A DNA stretch of 64,000 nucleotides from an uncultured Hungatella sp. (GTDB lineage Bacteria; Bacillota; Clostridia; Lachnospirales; Lachnospiraceae), in assembly GCA_910577935.1 (NCBI GenBank), contig CAJTOT010000003.1:7309-71308 (forward strand). The letters are read 5' to 3'. The position numbers were made by a program, and so were the translations under genes. The notes beneath the pieces were generated by a model. That model had not been told where the DNA came from and searched no databases. It saw nothing but the letters and a program-made list of their open reading frames with translations. Positions 30,261 to 39,461 of the stretch are shown piece by piece (positions within the stretch are counted from its first letter, which is position 1; the number at the start of each line of letters is the position of its first letter).

Positions 30261-30797
30261 ATGAACCGTTACATCAGCGACCTGCATTTTGGCCACAAGA
30301 ATATACTGAAGGCCGACCAGAGACCCTGGGACAATGTGGATGACATGGATAGGGGCATGATCGAATTCTGGAACAGTACTGTGGCCGATGACGATGATGT
30401 GTGGATTCTGGGAGATTTCACTTACCGGGCGCCCCGCCATGTCCAGTGGTATCTGGGGCAGCTAAAGGGCAGAAAACACCTGATTCTGGGAAATCATGAC
30501 AGGCTTCTCATGGAAGACCGGTCAGCGCTTTTGTATTTTGAGTCGGTGGATAAGTCGACGGAGATTGTGGATGAGGGCAGGCGGGTGGTGCTGTGCCACT
30601 ATCCGATAGCGGAGTGGAACGGGTACTACAGGGGGAGCTGGCATGTGTTCGGCCATATCCACGGGAGGAAGGACACCAGAGTCTACGAGTTCATCCGGGG
30701 CGAGGAGCGGATGCTCAACTGCGGGGCGATGGTGGTGGGATACCGGCCTGCCGCCTTTGAGGAGATGGTGGAGGCCAACCGAAGATACAAGGAATGA
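30261..30797 (+). CDS. Small calcineurin-like phosphoesterase
   Basis: SDLHFGH, LGDF, GNHD, LCHYP, FGHIH. Confidence 0.88.
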   Translation: MNRYISDLHFGHKNILKADQRPWDNVDDMDRGMIEFWNSTVADDDDVWILGDFTYRAPRHVQWYLGQLKGRKHLILGNHDRLLMEDRSALLYFESVDKSTEIVDEGRRVVLCHYPIAEWNGYYRGSWHVFGHIHGRKDTRVYEFIRGEERMLNCGAMVVGYRPAAFEEMVEANRRYKE

Positions 30798-30815
30798 GGA
30801 TGGGGGGAGAGCGCC

Positions 30816-31316
30816 ATGGTTTTTGTGACAGGGGACTGCCACGGGGAGTACGGAAGATTTTCCGCAAAGGTTTTTGGGATACAGAAGGAGATGGACAGAG
30901 GCGACCTGGTGGTCGTGGCAGGGGACTTCGGCTACTGGGACCGGTCTAAGGAGCAGGATGACCCCGGACTTAAGGAGAAGAAGAGGGAGCTGGAGAGGGT
31001 GGGGGCTCTGTACCGGATCAATCATCTGTCCTGGTGGAAGGAGGAGATGCCCGACGAGGCCCAGCGCCGGGAGGGCCTTGGGTGTATGGAAGAACATGGG
31101 TGGAAGTGTGATTACATCATCAGCCACTGCGCGCCTTCCAGTGTCCAGGCGGTGTTTTCTCTCGGAGACTTTAAGCCTGACCCGCTGACCGGCTACCTGG
31201 AGGAGATCCGGCGCAGGTGCCGGTACATCCACTGGTTTTTCGGCCATTATCACATGGACAGGCGGATCGATGACAGACACACGGTGCTGTACCGGGATAT
31301 TATGCGGATTCTGTGA
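30816..31316 (+). pseudogene. Metallophosphoesterase with apparent in-frame internal deletion
   Basis: TGDCHG, AGDFG, SHCAP and FGHYH present but the central GNH(E/D) motif is absent. Confidence 0.6.
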
Positions 31317-31528
31317 CTGGGGAGAACGGAGCGGAGGCTTTTTACTGAGAAGCCATTGCCGCTTCTTTTCTTTTGTTTTGGCAAAAAGCTGTCAGCCGTC
31401 TGAAGGCGTCGCGACAGCAGGGGTGTGACGAATAAAAAATCCCTAAAATGTAATTTTATGCGAGACTATTTAGAAAAAGTGTGGTAAACTGTCCATAGTG
31501 AAAGAACAGAAAACCTGGAGGTGTGATA

Positions 31529-32701
31529 ATGTATCTGATTAAACATGCGGAAGTTTACTCTCCTGAGAATCTGGGAACGGTGGACGTGCTTACAGGCGGC
31601 GGGCAGATTCTCAAGACGGGGAAGGACCTTCCGGCGGAGGCGGCCTACGGCGTGGAGGTCATAGACGGGGAGGGCATGGTTCTGATGCCCGGACTGATCG
31701 ACGCCCATGTCCACATTCTGGGCGGAGGCGGCGAGGGGGGAGCCAGGACCAGAACCCCGGAGATTATGCTGTCGCAGATTGTCAGCGGCGGAGTGACCAC
31801 AGTGGTGGGCTGTCTGGGCACTGACGGATGCACCAGGACCATGAGCAATCTTCTTGCCAAGGCCAAAGGGCTGGAGGAGGAGGGCATTACAACCTACGTG
31901 TATACAGGCTCTTATCAGGTGCCGGTGAGGACTCTGACGGGGAAGATCATGGACGATATAATCCTTCTTGAGAAGGTGGTGGGAACCGGGGAGATCGCCA
32001 TATCGGACCACCGGTCTTCCCAGCCTGACAAAAAGGAGTTCGCCAGGATCGTGGCGGACACGAGAGTGGGCGGAATCCTGTCAGGCAAGGCGGGGCTTGT
32101 GAATATCCATATGGGAGACGGGGAGAACCGTCTGAAATTTCTCCGGTATGTGCTGAAGAAGACGGAGATTCCGGCTTCCAATATGCTGCCCACCCACATC
32201 AACCGCAGCCGCGGCCTGATGGAGGATGGCATTGACTATGTTCTGCAGCTGGGAGGATATATTGACCTGACCACCAGCTCCGACCCGGATTTTCTGGACC
32301 CGGATGAGGTGAAGGCCAGCGCGGGCTTAAAGATGGCCCTGGATGCCGGGGTGCCGGCGGACCATGTGACCTTTTCCTCTGACGGCCAGGGCAGCCTCCC
32401 GGTGTTCGGCCCTGACGGAGAATTCCTGGGGCTGGGGGTGGGAAAGGTATCCTCCCTCTACCGGGAGATGAGAGACGCGGTGCTGACCGACGGAGTGTCC
32501 CTGACCGACGCCTTGAAGGCAGTGACCCAGAACCCGGCATCTCTGCTGAAGCTCCCGAAGAAGGGGAGAGTCGAAGAAGGCGCCGACGCGGACCTGGTGC
32601 TGGCGGACAAGAGGACTTTGGACATTCACATGGTCATGGCGAAAGGCGCGGTGATGGTGAAGGAAGGACAGATTGCAGCGAGAGGAACTTTTGAAGGCTG
32701 A
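31529..32701 (+). CDS. iadA: Isoaspartyl dipeptidase (beta-aspartyl peptidase)
   Basis: DAHVHILGGGGEGG, RTPE, GCLGTDG, EIAISDHRSS, SSDGQGS. Confidence 0.94.
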   Translation: MYLIKHAEVYSPENLGTVDVLTGGGQILKTGKDLPAEAAYGVEVIDGEGMVLMPGLIDAHVHILGGGGEGGARTRTPEIMLSQIVSGGVTTVVGCLGTDGCTRTMSNLLAKAKGLEEEGITTYVYTGSYQVPVRTLTGKIMDDIILLEKVVGTGEIAISDHRSSQPDKKEFARIVADTRVGGILSGKAGLVNIHMGDGENRLKFLRYVLKKTEIPASNMLPTHINRSRGLMEDGIDYVLQLGGYIDLTTSSDPDFLDPDEVKASAGLKMALDAGVPADHVTFSSDGQGSLPVFGPDGEFLGLGVGKVSSLYREMRDAVLTDGVSLTDALKAVTQNPASLLKLPKKGRVEEGADADLVLADKRTLDIHMVMAKGAVMVKEGQIAARGTFEG

Positions 32702-32739
32702 GGAATATAGAGATACAATCGAAGAGGAGATACCATATC

Positions 32740-34254
32740 ATGGAGAAAAAGAAACGATCTTTTCAGATGCCCCACACATTTATCATCATTTTCGGGGTCA
32801 TTCTGTTTGCGGCCCTGCTGACCATGTTTATTCCCCTGGGACAGTATGACACGAAGGAAGTCACCTATATGCAGAACGGGGCGGAGAAGACCCGGACAGT
32901 TCTGGACCCGGACAGTTTCCGCTATGTTCTGGACGAGAACGGCAACAAGGTCACAAAGATCGCCCCCCTGTTCGGAACAGAGGATTTTGGCGGCCAGGGA
33001 ATCTTAAACTATGTGTTTGAGGGCATGACCGTGGGAGATAAAAACGGAACTGCCGTGGGCATCATCGCATTTATCCTCATAGTGGGAGGCGCCTTCGGCA
33101 TCGTCATCAGGACGGGGGCCGTGGAGAGCGGCATTATGCGGGTCATCGCCATGACCAACGGCAAGGAGATCCTGCTGATCCCCATTCTGGTAGTTCTGTT
33201 TTCCCTGGGAGGAGCGGTGTTCGGCATGGGGGAGGAAGCGATTCCCTTTGTCATGATTCTGGTGCCCATGTTCATCGCTATGGGCTACGACGCGGTTGTG
33301 GGAATCATGTGTTCCTATGTGTCCACCCAGATCGGTTTTGGTTCCTCCTGGCAGAACCCCTTCAGCCTTGCGGTGGCCCAGGGCGTGTCCGGGCTTCCGG
33401 TTATGTCAGGCGCGTGGTTCCGCATCCCCATGTGGATCTTTTTTACAGGCCTTACCATCGTGTTTACCATGCGGTACGCCATGAAGATAAAGAAGAATCC
33501 CGAGAGCTCCGTGGCTTACGAGTCCGATGAAGGATACCGCAGGGAGTTTACGAAGAAAGGCAGTGAAATGCCGCCCTTTACCATTGGGCACAAGCTGGTG
33601 CTGCTGACCATCGCCGCCTGCATGGTGTGGACTGTCTGGGGCGTGGTGGATCAGGGATACTATATTCCGGAGATCGCCTCCCAGTTCTTCGTCATGGGTC
33701 TGGCGGCCGGCGTCATCGGCGTGTTATTCCGCTTAAATGACATGAAACTTAACGATATTGCCACATCCTTTGAGCGGGGTGCTGCGGACCTTCTGGGTGC
33801 TGCCATGTGCGTGGGAATGGCCCAGGGCATTATCATTATTCTGGGCGGAACCAGCGCCACAGACGGCACGGTGCTCAACACCATTCTCCACAGTATCAGC
33901 CAGGGCATGCAGGGGTTCCCTCCGGTTATCTCCGCGTGGCTGATGTACGTGTTCCAGTCTGTGTTCAACTTCTTCGTGGTGTCCGGTTCCGGACAGGCGG
34001 CTCTGACCATGCCGGTGATGGCGCCGCTGGCGGATCTGGTAGGTGTGGAGCGGCAGGCGGCTGTGGTGGCTTTCCAGCTGGGAGACGCGTTCACCAACTT
34101 CATCGTTCCCACCTCCGGATGTCTTCTGGGAGCCTTGGCGGCGGCAAAGCTGGACTGGGGAAAATGGGCCAAGTTCCAGATCAGGTTCCAGGCGGTGCTG
34201 GTTGTGTGCGCGTCGGTTACCATGGTTCTGGCCGTGGTTTTGGGGCTGTCGTAG
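32740..34254 (+). CDS. yfcC: YfcC family transporter
   Basis: MPHTF, FGMGEE, NPFSLAVAQG, SGSGQAALTMP, FQLGD. Confidence 0.88.
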   Translation: MEKKKRSFQMPHTFIIIFGVILFAALLTMFIPLGQYDTKEVTYMQNGAEKTRTVLDPDSFRYVLDENGNKVTKIAPLFGTEDFGGQGILNYVFEGMTVGDKNGTAVGIIAFILIVGGAFGIVIRTGAVESGIMRVIAMTNGKEILLIPILVVLFSLGGAVFGMGEEAIPFVMILVPMFIAMGYDAVVGIMCSYVSTQIGFGSSWQNPFSLAVAQGVSGLPVMSGAWFRIPMWIFFTGLTIVFTMRYAMKIKKNPESSVAYESDEGYRREFTKKGSEMPPFTIGHKLVLLTIAACMVWTVWGVVDQGYYIPEIASQFFVMGLAAGVIGVLFRLNDMKLNDIATSFERGAADLLGAAMCVGMAQGIIIILGGTSATDGTVLNTILHSISQGMQGFPPVISAWLMYVFQSVFNFFVVSGSGQAALTMPVMAPLADLVGVERQAAVVAFQLGDAFTNFIVPTSGCLLGALAAAKLDWGKWAKFQIRFQAVLVVCASVTMVLAVVLGLS

Positions 34255-34351
34255 CCAGTCTTATGCCGGTCTGCCGGGGGCAGAACCTCCGCCCTGCCGG
34301 GGACACAAGACATAGCGCCCTCATAAGCATGCATCAGGACACGTCCCCGGG

Positions 34352-34399
34352 GGCATACTTTAGCTGTCATGACTTTTCTGAAAAGAAGGTCATGGCAGC
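34352..34399 (+). terminator. Intrinsic terminator after yfcC
   Basis: AGCTGTCATGACTTTTCT-GAAA-AGAAGGTCATGGCAGCT followed by TTTCGTTTT. Confidence 0.7.
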
Positions 34400-34442
34400 T
34401 TTTCGTTTTGCAGGATCAGGGAGGGCCTCTCATGAAAAATAG

Positions 34443-34495
34443 TTGACATTTTTCAAAAAAATGGTAATATAAACACATGAATAAGTGTTCATATG
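34443..34495 (+). promoter_or_regulatory. cad promoter with ArsR/SmtB-type operator
   Basis: TTGACA-16-TAATAT (extended TG), then palindrome ATGAA-TAAGTG-TTCAT at 34477-34492. Confidence 0.75.
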
Positions 34496-34514
34496 AATAG
34501 AGAGGAAGGTAACT

Positions 34515-34895
34515 ATGACAGAGCAGGAGAGAATTGAACAGGAAGTGAGAGAATGTGTCTGTGAATTTATGTATGTCCATGAAGAGATTGTGGATAAAGT
34601 GGAGAAGGTGATGCCCGACGAGCAGCAGCTTTTGGAGCTGTCGGAGTTTTTTAAGGTGTTCGGGGATTCCACCAGAATCAAGATTCTGTATGTGCTGAGT
34701 CAGTCGGAGATGTGTGTCTGTGATATTGCCAAGCTGCTGCAGATGGGGCAGTCGGCCATCTCCCACCAGCTCAGGGTGCTGAAACAGATGCGGCTGGTGA
34801 AGTTCCGCAGAGACGGGAAGACCGTGTTCTATTCCCTGTCAGACAGCCACATCCAGACCATACTGGCCCAGGGAATGGAGCATATCAGCGAGTAG
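34515..34895 (+). CDS. ArsR/SmtB metalloregulator (CadC/CzrA-like)
   Basis: FFKVFGDSTRIKIL, CVCDIA, SAISHQLRVL, N-terminal CVC. Confidence 0.92.
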   Translation: MTEQERIEQEVRECVCEFMYVHEEIVDKVEKVMPDEQQLLELSEFFKVFGDSTRIKILYVLSQSEMCVCDIAKLLQMGQSAISHQLRVLKQMRLVKFRRDGKTVFYSLSDSHIQTILAQGMEHISE

Positions 34896-34908
34896 AGGGG
34901 GAGAGAAG

Positions 34909-36906
34909 ATGATGAAGACCATGACGAAGAAACAGAAAAAAATGATCCTGCGTCTGAGCGTGAGCGCCGTGTTCTTAATCGGCGGAATCGTGACCGAGGG
35001 GATTCACCCGGCAGACTGGATTTTGTTTATCGTATCCTACCTGGCGGCTGGATATGACATTCCTCTGAAGGCTCTGAGAAATATCCGCAACGGGCAGGTG
35101 TTTGACGAGAATTTTCTCATGACAGTGGCTACGGCAGGAGCTATCGGCGTGGGCGAGCTGGAAGAGGCTGTGGCGGTGATGCTGTTTTATCAGGTGGGGG
35201 AGCTGTTCAGCGACTATGCGGTAAACCGTTCCAGAAAGTCCATCACGGAGCTGATGGACATCAACCCGGATTATGCCAACGTGCTGAGAGGCGGGAAGGA
35301 AGAGCAGGTGGAGCCTGACGAGGTGGAGATCGGGGAAGTGATTCTGATAAAGCCGGGAGAGAAGGTTCCCCTGGACGGAATCGTGGTCAAGGGCAGTTCC
35401 AGCCTGGACACCAAGGCTCTGACAGGGGAGAGCGTCCCTGTGGAGGTGACAGAGGGGAAAGACGTTGTCAGCGGTTCTATCAACTTAAACGGCGTGTTGG
35501 AGGTGCAGGTGACGAAACTGTTCGACGACTCCACGGTGGCGAAGATACTGGAGCTGGTGGAGAATGCCAGCTCCAGAAAAGCCAGAGCGGAGAACTTCAT
35601 CACAAGATTTGCCAGGGTCTACACCCCTATTGTGGTGATTCTGGCGCTGATTTTGGCTCTGGCGCCACCTGTGCTTTTGAGACAGCCCTGGTCTGTGTGG
35701 GTGTACAGGGCATGCAGCTTTCTCGTAGTGTCCTGCCCCTGCGCTTTGGTGATCTCTGTTCCTTTAAGCTTCTTCGGAGGGCTTGGAGCCGCCTCGAAAC
35801 AGGGAATTCTGGTGAAGGGGAGCAACTACCTGGAGGCTATGGGAACCCTGGACACGGTGGTGTTTGACAAGACGGGGACGCTGACCACAGGAAAATTCCA
35901 GGTGACAGAGGTGGAGACGGCGGGCTCCTGTACCAGGGAGGAACTACTGGAGCTGGCGGCATACGGGGAGTACCGTTCCAATCATCCCATCGCCCTGTCG
36001 GTAAAAGAGGCCTTCGAGAGAGAAGCCGGGGGGCGGCGGCTCCTGGGAGACAGGATACTGTCGGTGGAGGAGATTGCCGGCCACGGAATGCATGTGAAAC
36101 TGGGGAGTATCCGCGGGGCGGCGGAGGCCGGCAGCGCGGGGACCGGGGCGGCGGAGGTCATAAGCGTGGGAACCGAAAGCCAGGAAACCGGCAGCGGAGA
36201 ACCTGGCGGCAGGGAACTGTACATCGGCAACGAGAAGCTGATGGAGCGCCAGGGGATACAGGTTCCCGTCAGGGACGACGGGCTGGGGACCGCTCTGTAT
36301 GTTGCCGACAGAAAAGAGTACCTGGGGCGTATAGTCATCTCGGATACGGTGCGGGAGGATGTGCCCGAGACTTTAGGGCTGCTCAGGAGAGAGGGAGTCA
36401 GGAACCTGGTGATGCTGACAGGCGACAAGGAATCTGTGGGAAAGGCAGTGGGAGAACGGCTGGGACTTGACAAGGTGTTCGGCGGGCTTCTGCCGGGGGA
36501 CAAGGTGCAGAAGGTGGAAAGCTTTCTCAGCGATAAGGCGGCTGACAGGACTCTCGCTTTCGTGGGGGACGGCATCAACGACGCCCCGGTGCTGGCCAGG
36601 GCAGATGTGGGAATCGCCATGGGAGGCATCGGGTCTGACGCGGCGGTGGAGGCGGCAGATGTGGTGATCATGAACGATGAGCCCTCCAAGATCGTGGACG
36701 GAATCCGCATTGCCAGAAAAACTGTAGCAATCGTCCGTCAGAATATCCTGTTCGCCATCGGGGTGAAGGTGCTGGTGCTGCTTTTGGTGGCCTGCGGGAT
36801 GGCGTCTATGTGGGCGGCGGTGTTCGGCGACGTGGGAGTGTCCGTTCTGGCGATTCTCAATGCGGTCCGGACACTAAGTTACAAGCGCGTGAGCCGGCCG
36901 GCATAG
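34909..36906 (+). CDS. cadA: Heavy-metal P1B-type ATPase (Zn/Cd/Pb)
   Basis: TGES, SCPCAL, DKTGTLT, HP, GDGINDAP; no N-terminal metal-binding domain. Confidence 0.93.
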   Translation: MMKTMTKKQKKMILRLSVSAVFLIGGIVTEGIHPADWILFIVSYLAAGYDIPLKALRNIRNGQVFDENFLMTVATAGAIGVGELEEAVAVMLFYQVGELFSDYAVNRSRKSITELMDINPDYANVLRGGKEEQVEPDEVEIGEVILIKPGEKVPLDGIVVKGSSSLDTKALTGESVPVEVTEGKDVVSGSINLNGVLEVQVTKLFDDSTVAKILELVENASSRKARAENFITRFARVYTPIVVILALILALAPPVLLRQPWSVWVYRACSFLVVSCPCALVISVPLSFFGGLGAASKQGILVKGSNYLEAMGTLDTVVFDKTGTLTTGKFQVTEVETAGSCTREELLELAAYGEYRSNHPIALSVKEAFEREAGGRRLLGDRILSVEEIAGHGMHVKLGSIRGAAEAGSAGTGAAEVISVGTESQETGSGEPGGRELYIGNEKLMERQGIQVPVRDDGLGTALYVADRKEYLGRIVISDTVREDVPETLGLLRREGVRNLVMLTGDKESVGKAVGERLGLDKVFGGLLPGDKVQKVESFLSDKAADRTLAFVGDGINDAPVLARADVGIAMGGIGSDAAVEAADVVIMNDEPSKIVDGIRIARKTVAIVRQNILFAIGVKVLVLLLVACGMASMWAAVFGDVGVSVLAILNAVRTLSYKRVSRPA

Positions 36907-36970
36907 TTATGGAGCCAAGGCATATGGTGCCTGTGTTCACAGGACACCTGCTGACAGTAATCTGCCACGG

Positions 36971-37101
36971 GTTACTGTTCACATGTCACAGCAACCAGCA
37001 AAAATCCATGAAAATCGCCTGGGTTGATGGGATTTTTGTCCGCCCGCCCAGGTTATCATACGGTCAGCGCAGCCAGTGCGCTGACCTGCCTGAACAGTAA
37101 C
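36971..37101. mobile_element. 131-bp MITE-like element
   Basis: Perfect 11-bp terminal inverted repeats GTTACTGTTCA/TGAACAGTAAC; flanks TGCCACGG and TGTCATGG (6/8, possible aged target duplication). Confidence 0.7.
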
Positions 37102-37220
37102 TGTCATGGACCCAGGTGAAGAAAGAGTTTTCGAATTCACTTGTATATTCCCTTTATAACATATATAATAGAAGAAAGCGTTATTAATGCAACAGAAAGA
37201 ACACAGAGGAGACGATTGTT

Positions 37221-38501
37221 ATGAACACAAGCGCAAATGAAACGCCCGTTTCCAGGCGGCAGCTCACGGTAGCCGTGGCGGGAACAGGTTACGTGGGGTT
37301 ATCCCTGGCCGTGCTGCTGTCCCAGAATCACAGAGTATACGCAGTGGATATCGTGCCGGAGAAGGTGGAAAAGATCAACAGCAGAATATCGCCTATACAG
37401 GACGCGGAGATAGAGGAGTATCTGAGAGACAGGCAGCTGGATCTGACAGCCACCTTAGACGGGGCAAAGGCCTACAGGGAGGCGGACTTTGTGATCATCG
37501 CCGCCCCTACCAACTATGACAGCCGGAAGAATTTTTTTGACACCTCCGCAGTGGAGGAGGTCATTGAGCTGGTGATGGAGTCCAACCCGGAAGCTGTGAT
37601 GGTGATCAAGTCCACGGTTCCGGTAGGTTACACCGAGTCCGTGAGGAAGAAGTACAACACCTCCAGGATTCTGTTCAGCCCGGAGTTTTTGCGGGAGTCA
37701 AAAGCCTTGTACGATAACCTGTATCCCAGCAGAATCATCGTGGGGGTTGACGAGGGAGATGAGAGCCTTGCCAAGGCTGCCAGGACATTTGCCGGCCTTC
37801 TCAGGGAAGGGGCTCTCAAGGAGCAGATCGACACCCTGTTTATGGGATTCACGGAGGCGGAAGCGGTGAAGCTGTTCGCCAACACCTACCTGGCTCTGAG
37901 AGTGTCCTATTTTAACGAGCTGGACACCTACGCCGAGATGAAGGGCCTGGACACCCGGTCCATCATCGAGGGTGTCTGCCTGGACCCGAGAATCGGCTCC
38001 CACTACAACAACCCATCCTTCGGCTACGGCGGCTACTGCCTGCCTAAGGATACCAAGCAGCTTCTGGCTAATTACTCCGACGTGCCGGAGAACCTGATTG
38101 GGGCCATCGTCGAGAGCAATCGGACCAGAAAAGACTTTATCGCGGACCGCGTGCTGACCACGGCGGGATATTATGATTACTACAGCAGGAACGATTATGA
38201 CCAGGAGAAGGAGCGCACCTGTATCGTAGGCGTCTACCGCCTGACCATGAAGAGCAACTCCGACAATTTCCGCCAGTCCTCTATCCAGGGAGTGATGAAG
38301 AGAATCAAGGCCAAGGGGGCAGTGGTTGTGGTTCACGAGCCCACCCTGGAGGATGGAAGCACATTTTTCGGAAGCCAGGTGATTAACGACTTAGAGAAGT
38401 TTAAGTCCATGTGCGACTGCATCATCGCCAACCGGTATGACAGCGCCCTGGACGACGTGAGCGAAAAAGTGTACACAAGAGATTTGTTCCGAAGAGATTA
38501 A
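37221..38501 (+). CDS. ugd: UDP-glucose 6-dehydrogenase
   Basis: [41 protein letters not shown]. Confidence 0.94.
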   Translation: MNTSANETPVSRRQLTVAVAGTGYVGLSLAVLLSQNHRVYAVDIVPEKVEKINSRISPIQDAEIEEYLRDRQLDLTATLDGAKAYREADFVIIAAPTNYDSRKNFFDTSAVEEVIELVMESNPEAVMVIKSTVPVGYTESVRKKYNTSRILFSPEFLRESKALYDNLYPSRIIVGVDEGDESLAKAARTFAGLLREGALKEQIDTLFMGFTEAEAVKLFANTYLALRVSYFNELDTYAEMKGLDTRSIIEGVCLDPRIGSHYNNPSFGYGGYCLPKDTKQLLANYSDVPENLIGAIVESNRTRKDFIADRVLTTAGYYDYYSRNDYDQEKERTCIVGVYRLTMKSNSDNFRQSSIQGVMKRIKAKGAVVVVHEPTLEDGSTFFGSQVINDLEKFKSMCDCIIANRYDSALDDVSEKVYTRDLFRRD

Positions 38502-38581
38502 GACAACTTTACAGCAGACAGCACATTGACATCAGATCGCCATGACGGCGACCGCGATAGCGAAAAGAGGATGATTTGATT

Positions 38582-39241
38582 ATGCCCGTATACCGTTTGA
38601 GACAGAACGAGATCAGTTTTCCAACCCCTACACTTGCCAGAGACGACGGTCTTCTGGCCGTGGGCGGGGACTTGAGCGTGGACCGGCTGCTTTTGGCCTA
38701 CACACACGGAATTTTCCCATGGTACAATCCGGGGGAGGAGATTCTGTGGTGGTGTCCGAAGGAGCGCTTTCTTATATACCCCGAGGCCATCCACATATCC
38801 CGCTCTATGAAAAAATATATCAGGAAACACACATATCGGATATTTTTAAACAGGGATTTCCAGGATACCATGCACCACTGCCGGATGAAGCGGGAGTTTG
38901 AGGAGGGGACCTGGATCAGCGACGAGATGGAGGAGGCATACCTGGAACTGCACAAGGAAGGGTATGCTGTCAGTGTGGAGGTGTATGAGGAAGGGGAACT
39001 GGCCGGCGGACTTTACGGCGTGGCTATAGGGAGATGTTTTTTTGGAGAGAGCATGTTCTCTGAGAAGAAAAACGGGTCCAAGGTGGCTTTGATCGCCCTG
39101 TCCCGTTTTCTGGAACAGAGGAAGTTTCTCTTTATCGACTGTCAGTTTCACACAGATCATCTGGAACATATGGGGGGACAATATGTGTCCTGGGAGACCT
39201 TTGACAATCTTTTGCAGGAAGGGCTTCAGGTTTCTTGTTGA
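38582..39241 (+). CDS. aat: Leucyl/phenylalanyl-tRNA--protein transferase
   Basis: GLLAVGGDL, AY..GIFPW, LWWCP, GGLYGV, FFGESMFS, IDCQ..T.HL. Confidence 0.93.
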   Translation: MPVYRLRQNEISFPTPTLARDDGLLAVGGDLSVDRLLLAYTHGIFPWYNPGEEILWWCPKERFLIYPEAIHISRSMKKYIRKHTYRIFLNRDFQDTMHHCRMKREFEEGTWISDEMEEAYLELHKEGYAVSVEVYEEGELAGGLYGVAIGRCFFGESMFSEKKNGSKVALIALSRFLEQRKFLFIDCQFHTDHLEHMGGQYVSWETFDNLLQEGLQVSC

Positions 39242-39340
39242 CAAACCTCCCGTAAACGGTTAGTATAAAAAAGAAGAATCGTAACGAGGGCGTTACAAGT
39301 CGGTCATTGGGGTCAATGGCTCTTGTAACGTCTTTTTTTT
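39238..39340 (+). promoter_or_regulatory. glnA promoter and ANTAR-type attenuator leader
   Basis: TTGACA-17-TAGTAT; hexaloop hairpin GTAAC-GAGGGC-GTTAC overlapping terminator GGCGTTACAAG...CTTGTAACGTC-T8. Confidence 0.7.
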
Positions 39341-39461
39341 CGGCAGAGGGCTGGGCTGAGGCGCAGTCTGACTTGCCGGATATGGGAATTTAAGGTATAA
39401 TTACTTTGTCGTTTGGTCCGTGCCGGGCGGTAAGGTACAGAATTAGAAGGAGAGTGGAGAC

